Source: Sphaerodactylus townsendi
Lineage: Eukaryota
Assembly (NCBI RefSeq): GCF_021028975.2
Contig: NC_059426.1
Span: forward strand, 66,340,001 to 66,404,000
DNA: 64,000 bases
Direction of reading: 5' to 3'
This document shows, one piece after another, positions 1 through 15,100 of the stretch. The notes beneath the pieces are model-generated. The model was not told the origin of the DNA, did no database searches, and saw only the letters and a program-made list of their open reading frames with translations. The number at the start of each line of letters is the position of its first letter. Positions within the stretch are counted from its first letter, which is position 1. A program made the translations under genes and the position numbers.

Positions 1-118
1 ATTAGTGTCTCAAAAGCAAAAAGGCAGGAGGAGGGGGTAGAGAAGTAGGTTGGGGGGAAGAAGATGTGCCATGTTTCCAGGTTGCCATTGTTTTGGGGTT
101 TGTTTGTTTGTTTGGCAG

Positions 119-3100
119 GTGGTGGCATTAAAGTTTATCCCCAAAGTTGGTCGATCGCAGAAAGAGCTGAAGAATTTGCAGCGAGAGATTGAGATCATGA
201 GGGGGCTTCATCATCCCAATATCGTACAAATGCTTGACAGTTTTGAGACTGATAAAGAGGTGAGAGTTGGTAGCATTCAAATATGCAGGATAAGAAAAAG
301 TGTTTGTGTGAAAGGTCTATTAGTCAGGCTAAAAGGCCCGGGTGCTTTGGCATCTCATGTCACAAACTAGGTGGTGTTATATTCCCATAAGAATTCAGAA
401 AGTACTTTGGCAGTGCAGAATTGTACCCTTTTCAATTCACTGATTTAAATATAGCTTTGCTTAGGATTGCACAGCAGGTAGAGTGATTCAGGAGTCCGTG
501 GGGATGGTAACTACTTCTCTATTTTGTCTATGAAAGGCTGGTTTGCCAAGTCAGGCCATGAGACTATCGGCTAACTTACTGAAATCTGTCACAGAATGGC
601 CTTTTCTAAAAACTCTGCAGATCTCTTTCACACCCACTTCTGAGGACATTGAAAATATGGTCACTGTTTCCCCTTATGGTGAGTGGCCCTCTGGTTTTTC
701 CCCCCCAAACAGTGCATCTTTTTTAGTGATAGTATTGTGTCCCCCTCATACATTTGTGAAAATGCTCTGATCTTGCATTTCTCCTCCAGGTGGTGGTAGT
801 GACAGATTATGCTGAAGGGGAGCTTTTCCAGATCCTGGAAGATGATGGGAACCTGCCAGAGGAACAGGTAATTGTGACCTGGGGTGAGAGTGAAAAGTAG
901 CTATTTATGCAAGTGCCAGAATGATTGTAGTACGGAAACTCAGGATTTATAGACCCTGCTGTGCCATGAGCTTGAGTAAATGGAATGATCTCATGCTACT
1001 GCCTTTATGTGTAAATAGGAAAATGTTATCATGTAGCTGGAGAGGAGTTCTATGATAAGCAGGAGACCATTGCTAGGCCAGAATAGGTCAGTCCAGCTAG
1101 AATTATATGCTTATGTCTTGGAATGGGGCTGGTGTCTTTTATTGAGTGACACCAGCTGATGTAACAAGAGGAACAGAAGCTTTGTGCTGAAGGGCTTAAT
1201 CACAGCTAGTAACTGGCCATTGTTAGGTGCGAAGATTGTCATTTGTCTCTCAGGTTCAGGATATTGCATCTCAGCTAGTTTCGGCACTCTATTACCTGCA
1301 TTCCCATCGCATCCTGCACCGTGACATGAAACCTCAGAATATTCTGCTGGGGAAAGAGGGTGTGATCAAGCTCTGTGACTTTGGGTAAGTGCCTTAAGAC
1401 CTCTACCCCTTCACACCCAGTCTTTGAAACTTGCACTGAAAAATCTGCTGTGTTCCTTCTTTCCTGGGAAGGTTTGCCCGTGCAATGAGCATCCATACCA
1501 TGGTTCTGACATCTATTAAGGGAACTCCGCTGTACATGTCCCCTGAGCTGGTGGAGGAGAAGCCCTATGACCACACAGCTGACCTCTGGTCAGTCGGCTG
1601 CATCCTGTATGAGCTATATGTAGGAACACCACCTTTCTACACCAACAGCATCTTCCAGCTGGTCAGCTTGATTATCAAGGACCCCATCAAATGGCCTAAA
1701 AACATGAGCCCCAACTTCAAGGTAACTGACTTTAGATGTAGTCTAAGAGTCGCCTCATGGAGAGTGCAGTGATAATTTCTGGGTCTGCATCAATGAAAGA
1801 GCAGATAGTTTGAATGGTAGGTCTGCCTGACAGTATGGCAAAGCGGGCTTCCCTTCGGAGAGAGAGAAGAGAGTGCTCAATTGTTAGGTCTCTAGTAATG
1901 AGCAAACCCTTATACCGTTTAGTCTTACTCTTGAGAAAGGGCAGGCTGGTGCGAGCAGAATCTTGTGTGTATGATAGATTCGATTTAGTAGCTGGTCAGT
2001 AGAAGCCTGTTTGTACTTGAAAGCATTCAAGAAAATTTAGATCACACTCTGAAGCCATAACCAACTTACGCTTCGGTATCTCAGCCAGGTTTCTCCTCTA
2101 TCTGAAATAAATAAAACTTCTTTGTTATTTTTATACAACACCTGCCTCTGTGGCCTCCATGTTCTACTTGCTCATCATAAAACTTATCTCTATCACTGGT
2201 TGCTGCTCATTAATAAGAAATTCTTTTATGTACACTGACATCAGCTGCTGTGTGTCCAGTCTTCTTTTTTCCAATGTTCAGCTGATTTCCACCTGCCCTT
2301 GGCTTCCCACTGTATCTGTTCCTTTACCTGCAGTATTTCTCATAATCTTACATTAAACTGGCCCACTGTTGTCTCCTCATGAAATAACAAAGCCCTCTTT
2401 CATATCTTCCTGTAGGAATCACAGAGTGGCATACATGGGGATTTTCTCCAGCTTTATTGCAAACAGCAAACTAGTGAGGAAGGGCAGTTAGAGGGAGAGA
2501 GAGAGAGCAAGAGACTGGCTGAGTAGTAAATTTAACTCCACTGTTCCTAGTCCTAGTCTAAGAGCCTACTCTGCTTTCTCCCTTCCTATTGATCTGCTAA
2601 TATTGGAGGCGATTTTCCCTCTAGGTCCTTTTTCAGTTTCTTACATATCCAGTCACACCCAGACAACTCTTCTTATTTTCCTTTTACTCCCAAATTCTGC
2701 TTGCCCTAGCATTTTCAATTTCTGCTCAGGTTATACAACCACACCCATTGACATAATTTTGTAACATGCCAATTCATTGTGACTCCTTATCTATTTTCCC
2801 CATTTTTCCTGTGGGTTTTTATTTCTCAAATTCTCTCTGGTGCTTCCTTTGCTAATAACCCAGTCTTGGGGGGTGGGGGGAGGTGTGCAATCAGGAAACA
2901 ACGCGGCCCCTCGCCGATGAGTAGCACCTATGCCAGCAGAGTGGGCAAACAAGGTGGCAAGTGGGCACCACAGAACTGTGTGGTGCTCAATTTGGAAGAG
3001 GCTGCCTGCCCCATAATCATAGCAATGTAACTGTGGATGCCATCATGGTAGCAGGTAGACTCAGGATGTTCCTGGGGGTGGAACCAACCTTATTTGACTT

Positions 3101-6100
3101 CCACCAGGCCTTCAGGCCAGAATGCTCCAGTGTAGACCTCTTCCAAAAGAGTGGCATAAGTTTGTTTTCCCCAGTGGGGGTGTGTGTGTTCAGGTAGCTG
3201 GGGCTTCTCTGGGTTTTGCTGCCTTCCCGTGCCACATGGAAGCCCCCTTGAAGTGGCTTGGTTGGCATGGGAGCGGCACTGTCCCTGGCCGCCACAGCTT
3301 CTGGATTGGGCAATTAGTGCAACATGACCTTGATGTCACTGTATTACCCTTTCTCAGTGTAGCACCTTTTACCTTCTTCCAGTTTAGGAACTTCAAAGTA
3401 GATGCTATTTCAGCCAGTGGGAAGAGTGATTTGAGCCATTTTTGTTCTTGATATCCTCATGTTGAGTTCATGGTCTTTTTTTATACAGGATATGTCTGTC
3501 TAATTTTTATCCTGCCCTTCCTTTAAGGAGCCCAGGGTTCTCCCCTCCTCCATTTGATTATCAAAACATCCCTATGAGATAACTTAGACTGAGAGAGAGG
3601 CAGATTCCGCATGGGCCAAAAACAGCAGTGTGAAAATGGTATAAAAGGGCTTAAAATTATGTAAAAGGATTTACACCATTTTCATACCACGTCTACACCG
3701 CTGTTTTTGGCCCATGCGGAATCCGCCAGAGAGAGAGCTACTGGCCCAATATCACCCAGAGAACTTCAAGGTAGACTGTGGAGTTTAACCTCTTCACATT
3801 TTTAGCATTGAGCTCCAACTACTAACAACACTTTCTGTTCAGAACATGGGGAGGTTCTTCAATCAAGTTTCTTATCATGCAGAGAGAGCCCAATATATGG
3901 ACGGTTGTATGCACATCTGCTCTGTGCAGATGTTTGATTCAACACATGGATGCTGGAAGCAAGGAAAGCATGCATAATCCTCTCCCAACCCAAAATTATT
4001 GCCACTTCAGCAATTTCAGTTATATAAATGTCTTCCTTTCTGCCTCTTGTCTTGCCCCATTCTTTTGAGGATTAGACTTGGAAGAGTGTGCTTGTTGAAG
4101 GATGTGCTTTAACAAAACTTGCTCTAGTAGTATGATTGGAGTCATCATCAGATTTGTTAATGTGTGGTCTATAATCATGGATTCAAAACTCTCCTTGCAT
4201 GCCTAGTGCCATTGAGATAAACAAAAGTCGTTTTAATCGATACTAATGTATTACAATCTTTTTTCTTTTTCTCTCTTCTCCTTCCTTTCCTTCTCTTTTT
4301 CTTTCCTCCTTTCTTTTCTTCATAATTCTCACTTTTCTTTTTTTCTATTATACTTAAATTTGTAATATAAAAAATTTATTGTACAAAGTCTATATTGCAC
4401 TAAAGTATTTTTTAAAGAAAAAAAGAAAAACAAAATGCAAGATGCTAAAAATTTGATCAGTCCGTTTAATTGGCTGGCTCAAAGAGTCTCTTCTAATCGT
4501 GACTAGAAAATTTCACTGGATCTGAGGCTGTTCTGGTTAACCTACCAATTTGGATTGCAGGAAAGTCTGTGGGTGTGCATGTAACCATCTCCTATTTCTG
4601 TGTAGAGCTTCTTGCAAGGCCTGCTGATGAAGGATCCTCGTCAGCGCCTCTCCTGGCCGGAGCTACTCTACCATCCTTTCATTGCTGGGCGGGCCACTGG
4701 TGAGTACTGGCTTGCCCTGTTTCCTGCCATTTGCACTAGTCTGACTTTTGCATTTGCTTTTTCTTGCTGGCCTTAGTCCAAGCAAGCCTGTTCATTGATT
4801 GGAACCATCTTTTGCAGTGATTGATGACACAGAAGAGCAAGGCATTGTCAATCCCTTCACCAGCAAACTGTCTCCAGAACTGCAAGCCCTGAAAGAACAG
4901 CAGACCCACTCTTTGGCCCCTCACAGTGGCCAGTCAAAAATCTTGAGGAAGGCACGGCAGAAGATGGCCCAAGAGGCTCGGAAAAAAGTGAGGAGCGTTT
5001 CACTCCCTACTTTGCAGGGTTCCTCAGGGGATGCTAGGACTAAGTTGATGATGCATATCTGATCCCATGCTGCTTGACCTCTTTTAGGAACTGGTGAAAA
5101 ATAAAACTCCATCTAAGCAAAAAAGTGCCAAAGGAGACCAGTGCCACCTACGCAAAAGCCACTCTAGTGAAGTGTCTACCAAGGAAAGGAGAACAGCCAT
5201 CAGCACTGGAGAGCAGAGGCACCCTGCTCTCGATGGAAAGGGAACAGAGTGGGAACAAAGAGAACCTTCCCCTACACCTCGGTGAGCAGAAGGAGCTGAG
5301 CAGAGGATGAAGGCAGCATGCTGTGGTCTAGTCTCAGGAGGGGGTGTGGTTCAATGATGATTGCATTCAGAAGATTCCAGGTTCAATCCCTGGCATCTCC
5401 AGTTGAATAGATCAGTAAATGGTGTGAAAGATCTCCACCTAGACTCTGGATAGCTGGTGGTGGTCAGAGTAGACACTTTGGACCTTGACAGACATATAGT
5501 CTGGTGCAGTGTAAAGTGGTCCATGAGTATCAGCTTCTCATTCTTCTTCATGAACAGGGAGAACCGGATCACAGAGGATTATGAAAAAGAGTTTCCAGAT
5601 GTGAGACCAGAAAGTGGCAAAGTAGAGAAACGAGGCAGGCGTAGCATTGATACTGTGGATTTAGAGACTGAGGTGGGTGTGTGGCCACATGGCGCAGTCC
5701 AATGCTTAAGTAGGAAGAAGGTGCCTTCCTAGCTTCCTAATCATTGTGGTCTTCACTGGGTCACTTTTTTTTCTTAGGAACTGGATAGTGACGAGGAGTG
5801 GCAACACCTGATAGATGCCACAGATCCTGCTCATGTGCAGCTGAGTACCCCACTGAGTCTTCTGCGGGACACTGCCTTTGTGCAGCGTGTCCGTGTCCGG
5901 CTCAAGAATTCTGGTCAGCAAGTGAGTTGTGGTGCCTAAAGGGAACTTGGAGATAGTTCTGTAGGCTGGTCCTTCAGAATATGAATGAGATGATCTTGCA
6001 GGAAGGAGGAAAGAATTAGTGGAAATATCGATGGAATCCTTCAACGGCCAACTCCCCTCTTTCAGTTCTAGGCCATTCAGGTAGTATCTGTTGGAATAAG

Positions 6101-9100
6101 GTGATTTCGTAGACAAAAACATGACGGACAGGTTTGAAGAAATGGGAGAATTTATAGGTATGCGAAAACTGGAGGGGAAGCTGTAGCATGCCACTGACTG
6201 AGGTGTTTGCTTGCAAGAATAGGATGTGGAAGCCACAGGTGAAGAATATTTGCTCACTGGTAAAGTTCATACAGTGTATTAATAAGGCCCTAGATTCAAT
6301 TTTTAGCAATTAAAATTAAAAGATTCTGAGGTAGCAGGGCTGGAAAAAACCATTGCCTAAAACCTTCAGTTAGAATAGACGATAGTGAGCTAGATTGTCT
6401 CAGTACAAGATGGTTTCCTACGTTCATAGCAATATATACTTAGCGAATTTTAGATGGCCTGAATGTGCCAGGATGCTGTTAAGAAATAATCGTGAGGTTG
6501 TGTGTTACTTCTAGAGTACTTTTGTGGCTGAGATGGGGATATGTTGGGGATATTGTTGTCTATGACACAGCGTTTAACTTGTATTGACAAGCATTGTGTG
6601 TTTTTGTATATTGTTGATCCTTACTCCTTGCCCAGGTCCTGGAGGGAATGCTCAAGGGAGCAGCTCATCTTCGTCCTGCTCTCCGTCTCATTGGCAATTT
6701 GCTAGATACCCGCTGTGACTCGGAGCTGTTGCATACCTTCTGCAGTGACACAGGACTGTCTCACTTCCTCTCGCAGTTAGTGGGAAGCATCTTGGAGAGC
6801 TCCAACATTCCGCTGGTAGGGAAGTGAAGTTCTCTAGAGGGTTAGTTTGCATGAAAAACTTCAATGTAAATAGCAGGCAGCTTTTTTGTATGTACATTTT
6901 TAGCTTACTTTATGGAACTATAATAAATGCAAAATATTCAAGTCTTTGTATTGTCGAAGGCTTTCACGGCCGGAATCACTGGGGTGCTGTGTGGTTTCCG
7001 GGCTGTATGGCCATGTTCTGGCAGCATTCTCTCCTGAGGTTTCGCCTGCACCTGTGGCTGGCATCTTCAGAGGATCCTCTGTTTATCAGATCCTCTGAAG
7101 ATGCCAGCCACAAATACTGGCTGAAAATACTCAAGAAGGAAAGAATGCTGCTAAAACTAAACAGCCATGCAGCCCGAGAGAAACCACTTGCTAACCCATG
7201 TCAAAGTCTTATTAAGAGGAGAGTGTAGGTCATATTATGTATGTGTGTATGTAATCATACAGTGTACTTAATTTGCTTAATTTTAGTTACAATGTTAGGA
7301 TGTTTGCAGAGTTCAGGATATTTTGTCAAGAACTGAAATTAGATGGAGCTAGCAAAAGAAGAGGAGGGTTGCATAAAGAGCCTCATCTCCTGACCACTGG
7401 TGCCTGAGCTTTTCCCAGATGCTATTTGTGGCTCTGCTAAATTTTTTTGTTCAGTCAGAAGTACTAAAAATGTAAAACTGTAATTATTAGGAAACCAAAT
7501 TCTTAAATACTAAATTTAGTGCTGTACTGGTTGTTTGCTGTAGCAGGCTTTTATCGGTTTGTGCATCTTTACAGGATATGACACAAAATTCAGCCCATTA
7601 CATTCAGAACTAGTTTCTCTTCCTCCTCCTTCCAGGGCAAATGATACCAGCAGATATCACTCCTGCTTGAGTCTTGGTTATTTCTTATGCTGCAAGCCAG
7701 TTGAAGCCACCCCACCCAATACCACACACACAATTCTACCTCTCTGTCTGCCCCATAGGAGCCCTGGTATGACACACTGCTGTTAGAGTTGATCACAGTG
7801 ATGTCGGCCTACTTTGCCAGTGATTTCAACCGAGAACAGAGTGGGAAAAAGCAAAGGTAAGTTGCCAGGTGAATGTGGTATGGAGGGGAATTATGCTAGT
7901 ATCCTGCATTAGCTGCAAGAGAAATTAAGGCAGATTGACACAGGTGGTATAGTTCCACTCTCCTGGTTAATCCTTACGCTGTTTTTTAGTCTGAGGGTTA
8001 GGCATGGAAAATGCTGTCTCTAAAAACTGATTTACACATTATGAAGTCCATACAGCAGACATGTGGACTGCTGCCAGTCATGGATCTGGGAGTTCCTTGC
8101 TGGGGACTTAATTCTCAGGTATATATGGGCCTCATTTGGACTGGGACCATGACACATGGGGAGGGTGCTTAAGCCTTCCTCCTGCACTGTTTTGGAATCT
8201 GAAATGGCCCTGGGAAGTTCCTATTTGTAGCCGTCAATAAGTTTCCCGCAGTGGGGTGAATAGTGGTTTAGTGGGAACTTTACAAGTTATGAAAACGATG
8301 TTAGGGAGGAAGCAGAAGTTTACCTCCCCGTATGCTGCAGTTCTGACCTGAACTGAGCCTGGGCATGCCTGAGAGTTTGCAATGCATGTTTAGTTGACAG
8401 CCCATGGGTCTACCATATGTGAATCAGCCCTCAATGATTGTCTGCCATTATAGAGGGACTGAGCTGGTCAAAAGATGGGAGATTTGGGATTTCTGTATTA
8501 AGCCAGCTGACAGGTAAAAAAGCTTAATTTCCAGTGTTTTAGCACACGTTTCTGTAGTTTTCAGGCATTCCACAGTTCTGCTAGTCACTTTTTAGCCTTG
8601 CTGCCCATACTGCTGGCTCAGCCCACAGATCGAGAGTTCAGGCTTCGAGAGCAAAGTCTCAAGGTAAGAGGCCATTCTCTCCTTTTTTCTGATCTATCCA
8701 ACCTTGTTCTGCTTTAGGATGTCTTCCTTACCCCCTTACTTAAGCGCCACCCTTCATTTCTTTGCTCTATACCGGTATGTGTAAACAAGTGACACTGGAA
8801 AACTCTCTGTAGCCTGATGACAACTAAACCTGGGGTTTCTGTATTGCCTTCTCACAGTGATTTGTCCTGGGTCCTCAGTTTGTAGTAATGTAAGAGCCAA
8901 ACAAGACTTTAGGGACATTTGGAGAACAGTATAGAATAATGATATAGGCATTGGTTTAGAAATATTTGCTAAGGAGATAACCTTTAATAATTTACCAGGA
9001 CACTTGAAAGCTCTATGCATATATATATATGAAGAAGATAGAGGTCCTTTCAGTTTCTCACTGCAACGTTGGTTGTTCAGTCCCTAAATTTTTTAATTAC

Positions 9101-12100
9101 TCATTTCCTTTGTTTCTCTAGCACTCTTCAGAAGTGATCATCAGGGCTGCAAAGAGCAATTGAGCACAGGGGTAAAGGCCAGGTTCTTACTCCTCCTCTT
9201 TGCTTCTTTGTTAATCCAGCCAAAGATCTTATTATATTTAATCATATAATATAATTTAATCATATAATAATCATATAACACATATTTAATCATTGTACTT
9301 AAACAATGATATTATTGTTCCGAACAGTTGCTCACATATCTCTGTGCCCATTAAAATGACTCTGATTTCAGTAGCACATCTTCAGTGTTTGGATCTGGGT
9401 AGTATTTTCTCCACTTGTTCCCCATCCTACCCCATCTGCATTTTAACAGTGTATCTCCTACCCTCATAGTGCTTTACTTGCTTATGTGACAGCATGGATG
9501 CTGCCTGCCCCTCTGTCTCCATTCCCTTCTACATCAGCTTGTTTGAGGATCACCGGCTTCTATTGGACGTTCTCTGCCACGGTGCCAGCTGTGAACAACC
9601 AGCCCTAAAAGGTAGTTATAATGCTGTAGAGGAGCTGCTTATTTCAGGGTTGTGCAAAATACCCATGCCTTCAAGAATGTCAAACATTTATTTTTCCATG
9701 TTTCTTTGTGGCTGTTAGCAGCCACTGTGTCCTGACTCTCTGCTGCTTATTTCCTTTTTCAATTGTCCTTAATTATGTGGTCCCCATCCATAAGGGATCA
9801 CACAGAGAATGGGAGACTATCATGGCACCACAGTCATTTTATTTGTTTAAAAACATTGATAACGCACTGTTACCTTTGCTTGAAGAAAGTCTACCACTTA
9901 AAAATTACAACCAACTCCAGTGTGGTATAAGCCTTTCAAATTAGAGGATGTGATTTCTAGGAAGTGTGAGGTTCTTTGTGATTCCTTTCGAGCTGCAATC
10001 CCAATGGTGAATTTAAAAGCTGCTGACTTTGTACCGTTCTCACTGCCATGGTGTAAATTACTGTAGTAGATAATGTTTTTCCATATCTGCTTGATATGTT
10101 AAAATCTTCCTTTTTTTAAAAATGTCCTTTCCATCTACCTCCAACAGGGTCGCAGAAGGAGACAGTTCAGGAACGGAATGAATGCCTGGCAGCAGCATTT
10201 ACAACAGCTGTGGCTGCATCCTGTGGCATCCCAGGAAGGCATGACACGTGTCATAAGGCCAAAAAGCAGGTGGGAGTTTTCTCTGCGCTTACAGTCCTGC
10301 TCAACCAACGGCTCAGCACCCTCAAGTGGTGGTTGCTGGTAATGACCTCACCGGTCACAAGTGAGAACACATGTTCAGTCTTGATCGTAGCACTATCCGG
10401 GGGCTCTTGTAGCTATTGCTTGGTATTTTTCACCTTGGAGTTGATCAGAGGCAATTTTGCAGCATGTTTATTTAGGTAGCTATGTCCTTGATACACTTCA
10501 GATCTCAGGGGCCAAGGGATTTCATGCTCATAATTCAAAATTTAGTTGCTTTGTGCATGTCACTGCCAAGATTATGAAACTGTATTGTTGTAGCAGACCT
10601 CCAAGATCAGTTGACATTTTCAGACTACTGCTATAACAGAAGAGTCCTCTTCTCTCCCTTTGTAGATAGCTACAATTCTTTCAATTCTGACAGTATTAAA
10701 AATCTCTCTCCGTGTGTGGGGTTTCCTTGTAGATCTCCCAGCAAATAGCAGAGAGGCTCACTGAGGAAGGTAACCACTTGCTGCCCAAACTCTTTGCAAG
10801 ACTTGAGCATCCAGCCTTTTCTTTGTCTGGTATAAAGGTAACATATTTGTCTACATTTTTTTCCATTTTTGTGTGGGTTAGAAAAGAAATAGCCAGGTCT
10901 CCTTGTCTTTTCATGTAACAGGCCTTATGCAGTCCCTCTTTTCCTCCTGACTGAGGAAGAGAGAAATACTACTGTGGTGATTCCTTCTTCTTCTGTCCTT
11001 CCATTGCCCAGGTCCTGTACGCCTGTTGTCATGTCTGTCAGAGTCTGTGCTACCGTGTAGCAACTCAAGAAGTGCTGAGTTCCCTGATCGGTCATCTACA
11101 AGGCAAGGTGGGTGCTGTTTGGTGAGAGTGTTAGACTAGGACTGAAAAGACCTGGCTTCAAATCCTTGCTTCCTGTGAAGACTGCTGGATAACCTTGGTA
11201 AACTGGTCATTCTCTCACCCCAGCTTTCCTCACAGGATTGCTGTGAGGATAAAATGGGGGAGGGGAGAATCATGTACCCTGCTCCAAGCACCTTGCACAA
11301 AGAACAAGATAAACATTCCATGAAACAAATGTTCTTGTTACTTGGAGAGCATGGGTAGACCTCAGCCAGAATTCTTATTACTCAGTACGCACCAAGGGAG
11401 AGTGCGGGCCAAACTTGCGAGTCAGATATGGCATTGAGAAGAAGAAAGTTGGGGAGTGAGAGAGCCAGAGTACTGGCCTATTCATGATTTTGTAGAGGAG
11501 TGAAGCATTGTGGGAGACACATTGAGTAGCCTCCATTTGGACAGCATTTGCGAAGGAAAGGGGATGGCTCATGAGCACAATGTTTCTGTCTTATTGAAAG
11601 GTCCTACTGGCTAATCAAGTGCAGGCTGCCGAAGCCTCCCTGAGACTTCTCTCCCTGCTGATTCTGCAGTTACAGAATCTCCCACCACAGTAAGTGTTCT
11701 ATCTACCATTCAGATTCCTTCCAGTGGGCCAGCAGATATTTTCCTGTTAGTTCTGATTGGCAAGAAGGGAATGGTCTCCAGCAGGCACCATTCTTGCTAA
11801 GGGAGAATGATCCATGCATCTCTGGAGGTTCAGGAGGTTCCTACATATCTCTTATTGCGAGGTCTGACCTTATCACAAAACATGCCTGTTGTCTTGTGGA
11901 AACCATAGTATCCATTTGTATTGTAATATACTAGGTGACATAGTGTTGTGTTTAAGCTGTTGGACTAGGACCAATGGAAACCCAGGTTCAAATCCCCACT
12001 TGTGCCATGGAAGCTTGCTGAGCGACCTTGGGCCAGTCATACATTCTCAGCCTGGACCCCAGCTAGTATTTTGATTGGAGATGTCCAGTATTCCGGGTCG

Positions 12101-15100
12101 TGATGCGGAGGCAGGCAGTGGCAAACGCCTCTGTATGTGTCTTGCCTTGAAAACCCTACAGGGTCACCATAGGTCAGGTGTGACGATGGCAAATAAAATG
12201 TGCTAGGGAATTTAAAAAAAGGTCACATTACGTTGTATATTCCACTTGGACTATTGATCATTTTGTCCTTGTACTGTTCCTGGGTAGGGCTCATGCAGAA
12301 CTCCTCTCAGATTTCAGGACTGATCCTCTCAACAGATGTTAAATTTTTGTTTGAATGTGGTTTTTAAAATGCACACATAATGTAATGATTTATTTTTCAG
12401 AAAATAGATGGGTTTTGTCTAATTTTTGCCATAGATTTGGGAAGAATAGATGGGCATTTACCCCACTGAAGGTTTGGATGACACTGTATAATAACTTTTG
12501 ATGCACTGGTATAATAATAGACCAAACTGTGGATGACAGGACCTGAGACCATAAGAATGAATGAAGCTACCTTATAGTGAATCAGATTGTTGGTCTGTCA
12601 AGGGCAGTATTGCCCACCCAGACTGGTAGCAGTCTGTTCCCGTGGAGATTTTTCAAATCACCTGCTTCTAGATCCTAAGTGGTCCTCTGGATCACTACCC
12701 TCAGACAGTTCTGATCTATTGCTTCACTGTAACACCAGTCGGCAGTATGCCAAATATCTTTTTTGGAGGTCTTATTTGAACAATGCCTTACAGGTGGCCA
12801 GCCAAAAGCTGGGTTTCCTAGGATTTTCATGTGAATACCAGAGTCCATTTTTGTCTCTCTCTTGCCATTCTTACCGACTACAGAATCTTGCTTTCATATC
12901 AAGACAGCATTTGCAAGAGCTCCTTTTCTAGAAGTGGCAGATGGTTGGAACTGGAGGAGCCAGGAGTTACATAGTTCAAGAAGGCCTTTTTAAAATCTGT
13001 GTGTTTCCACTAATGCTATTGCTTCTTGTTATTTTAGGTCAGATACTGTGCTGAAAGAAACCATAGAGCTTTTCAGCCATGTAGCAGCTACCTCTGTTAT
13101 AGTAAGTCATTCTGCTACTTGACTCTTGGGAAATGTTTTGAAATTCCTGTATTAATGATACCCGCTCAGGGGCCACCTGTGGCTCTTCAGCTCACCCATC
13201 TTGTGTGTCAGGGAGTTGGGCATCATTACTGTGGATCCAATATAAAACAGAACTGAACCGTGATGACTATATTAGTGTTATACGGATGTATGGGGTTTTG
13301 TGTATGAGGCCAGATCAACGTACGCAGCTGAATGAGGTGATGGAATGGGTCATCCCACTGTCAAATGCTAATCCATAAAACAAAACTCCTTGCAAGTTAA
13401 AAAAAATGGCACAGTGAGTGGCTCTAACTACCTGTTACCCTGCCAAGCTAGAGTAAAATTTGAAAATAACTTTTAATAAAGAGAAGCATTTGGATCTAGC
13501 CTAAAATAATTCTGGAATGCTCAAAAGCTAGCACAATGTTCTTGTATCTGACTTGCAAGACCTTCCCCTCACTCCAGATACAGATGAGTTGGCTAAGGTT
13601 ACACAGTAGTTGGGACAGACAACTCTACATGTTCAGGGGAACTCTGATAATTTAAAGGGTAACATTATGATGATGCATTATTGTTTGTGTATGCTTGATG
13701 TGGTGCACAGGACACAGAGTAGTGATGTGACTCTTTTGGATGATGGGAATTGCCAATGTGGTTCTTTGCAATCCACATAGTGAGTACAATAGTCCTATAT
13801 AATGCATGACTCTAGGCCAGATGGACATGATCTGTTACCACCTAGCTATAGACATTGTACTTTGGAGCAACTTACCATACACCTGGTGGGAGCTTCCTCT
13901 CTGTGCTGCTGAAGCATTGCTTTTCCACAATTACATTTTACGAGGCACATGAGATATTTCTTTAGCTTCTTTAAAATATTTGTTATCCTGTTATCAGATA
14001 TTCCTGAGGCAGCTTAGTTACAGATAGCATGTCACACTTAATGCAGTGCTGTATTTGCCATAAAACAAGAAAAATCTGTTCTGATAGGCAAGAACCTACT
14101 GAATGTTTACTAAAAAAGTCCTGTTAATAAAAAATAAGTTGTGTTTCTGTATACAACTGTCCCTTTAATTTCCCCTTGCATTTTTTAAAAGTAGAATTCT
14201 ACTTTCCAGCTTATTTTTTTAACTCAGTGGGTTTTGGGGGGGATGGGGGAGTCAGAGTGTTTATAGCCAAGGCAACTACTCCTTAGAAAAAATAAGCAGC
14301 AATTGCCTTGGCTGCAAGATGTCAATTAAAGTCCCCATACACAGGAAGCAACTAATTAAGGGCCAATTCAGAAATGACACAGCTATGCCAAACTAACGGG
14401 AAGAAGATAATCCAAGAAACCTGAAGGGGGGAAACGTTTAAAGGGACAGAAGCCCTAGGTAATATTGGTGGCTGTTTGCCAATCCACGCAGAGAGGCTTG
14501 CACTATGATTGCATTTTAAGTCAGAACAGTTCTCATAAATCTGATCAAAAATGGGAAAAAAACTAAGAAAACTCTGAAATGCAAAAGGTTATCAATGTTT
14601 TTGTCTGGTTCCACTATAGAACTGTGAATAATGTCCATTCCAAATTAAATGGCTAATGTGAAAGAAGACTTCATTTTCTGTAACTACAAGAAAATGGGTG
14701 TCCTGCTCTATCTGAACCAGTTGGAGGGATCACAAATCAGGCTCCATGGGTTGTGAAGAACACAGATCCACTGTTCTCATTCAGCGTGGTAAAGACTTAC
14801 AGGTCATCTTGGGCTACAAGAAAGTGGAAGTGTGGCTGTTCCTGTACCTTATTGGAGGCATCACAGTTGGATTTCTCTAAACTCTGTGGGGGTAAAACAA
14901 TCTTGGGGTTCTCATGTTGAGTCTAAGAGTCAGATCCACATCCACTACCAAGAAAAGTGCCATTTGACTTGTACTCTAGGATGATACCAAGTCTCCCTTC
15001 TCGTGCAGAGTGCTGCAGGACTGCTACTGACCCACCTCATCCAGTATGGTGCTGCTGTGAAACTCAGGCGAGAAGAGGCCTTTGCAGCGATAACTGCTGC

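Noticed and set aside
5706-6257. 183-aa minus-strand ORF
   Set aside because: Antisense to an STK36 exon and intron, with no recognisable motifs.
11935-12010. tRNA gene
   Set aside because: The B-box belongs to a SINE head; no cloverleaf.
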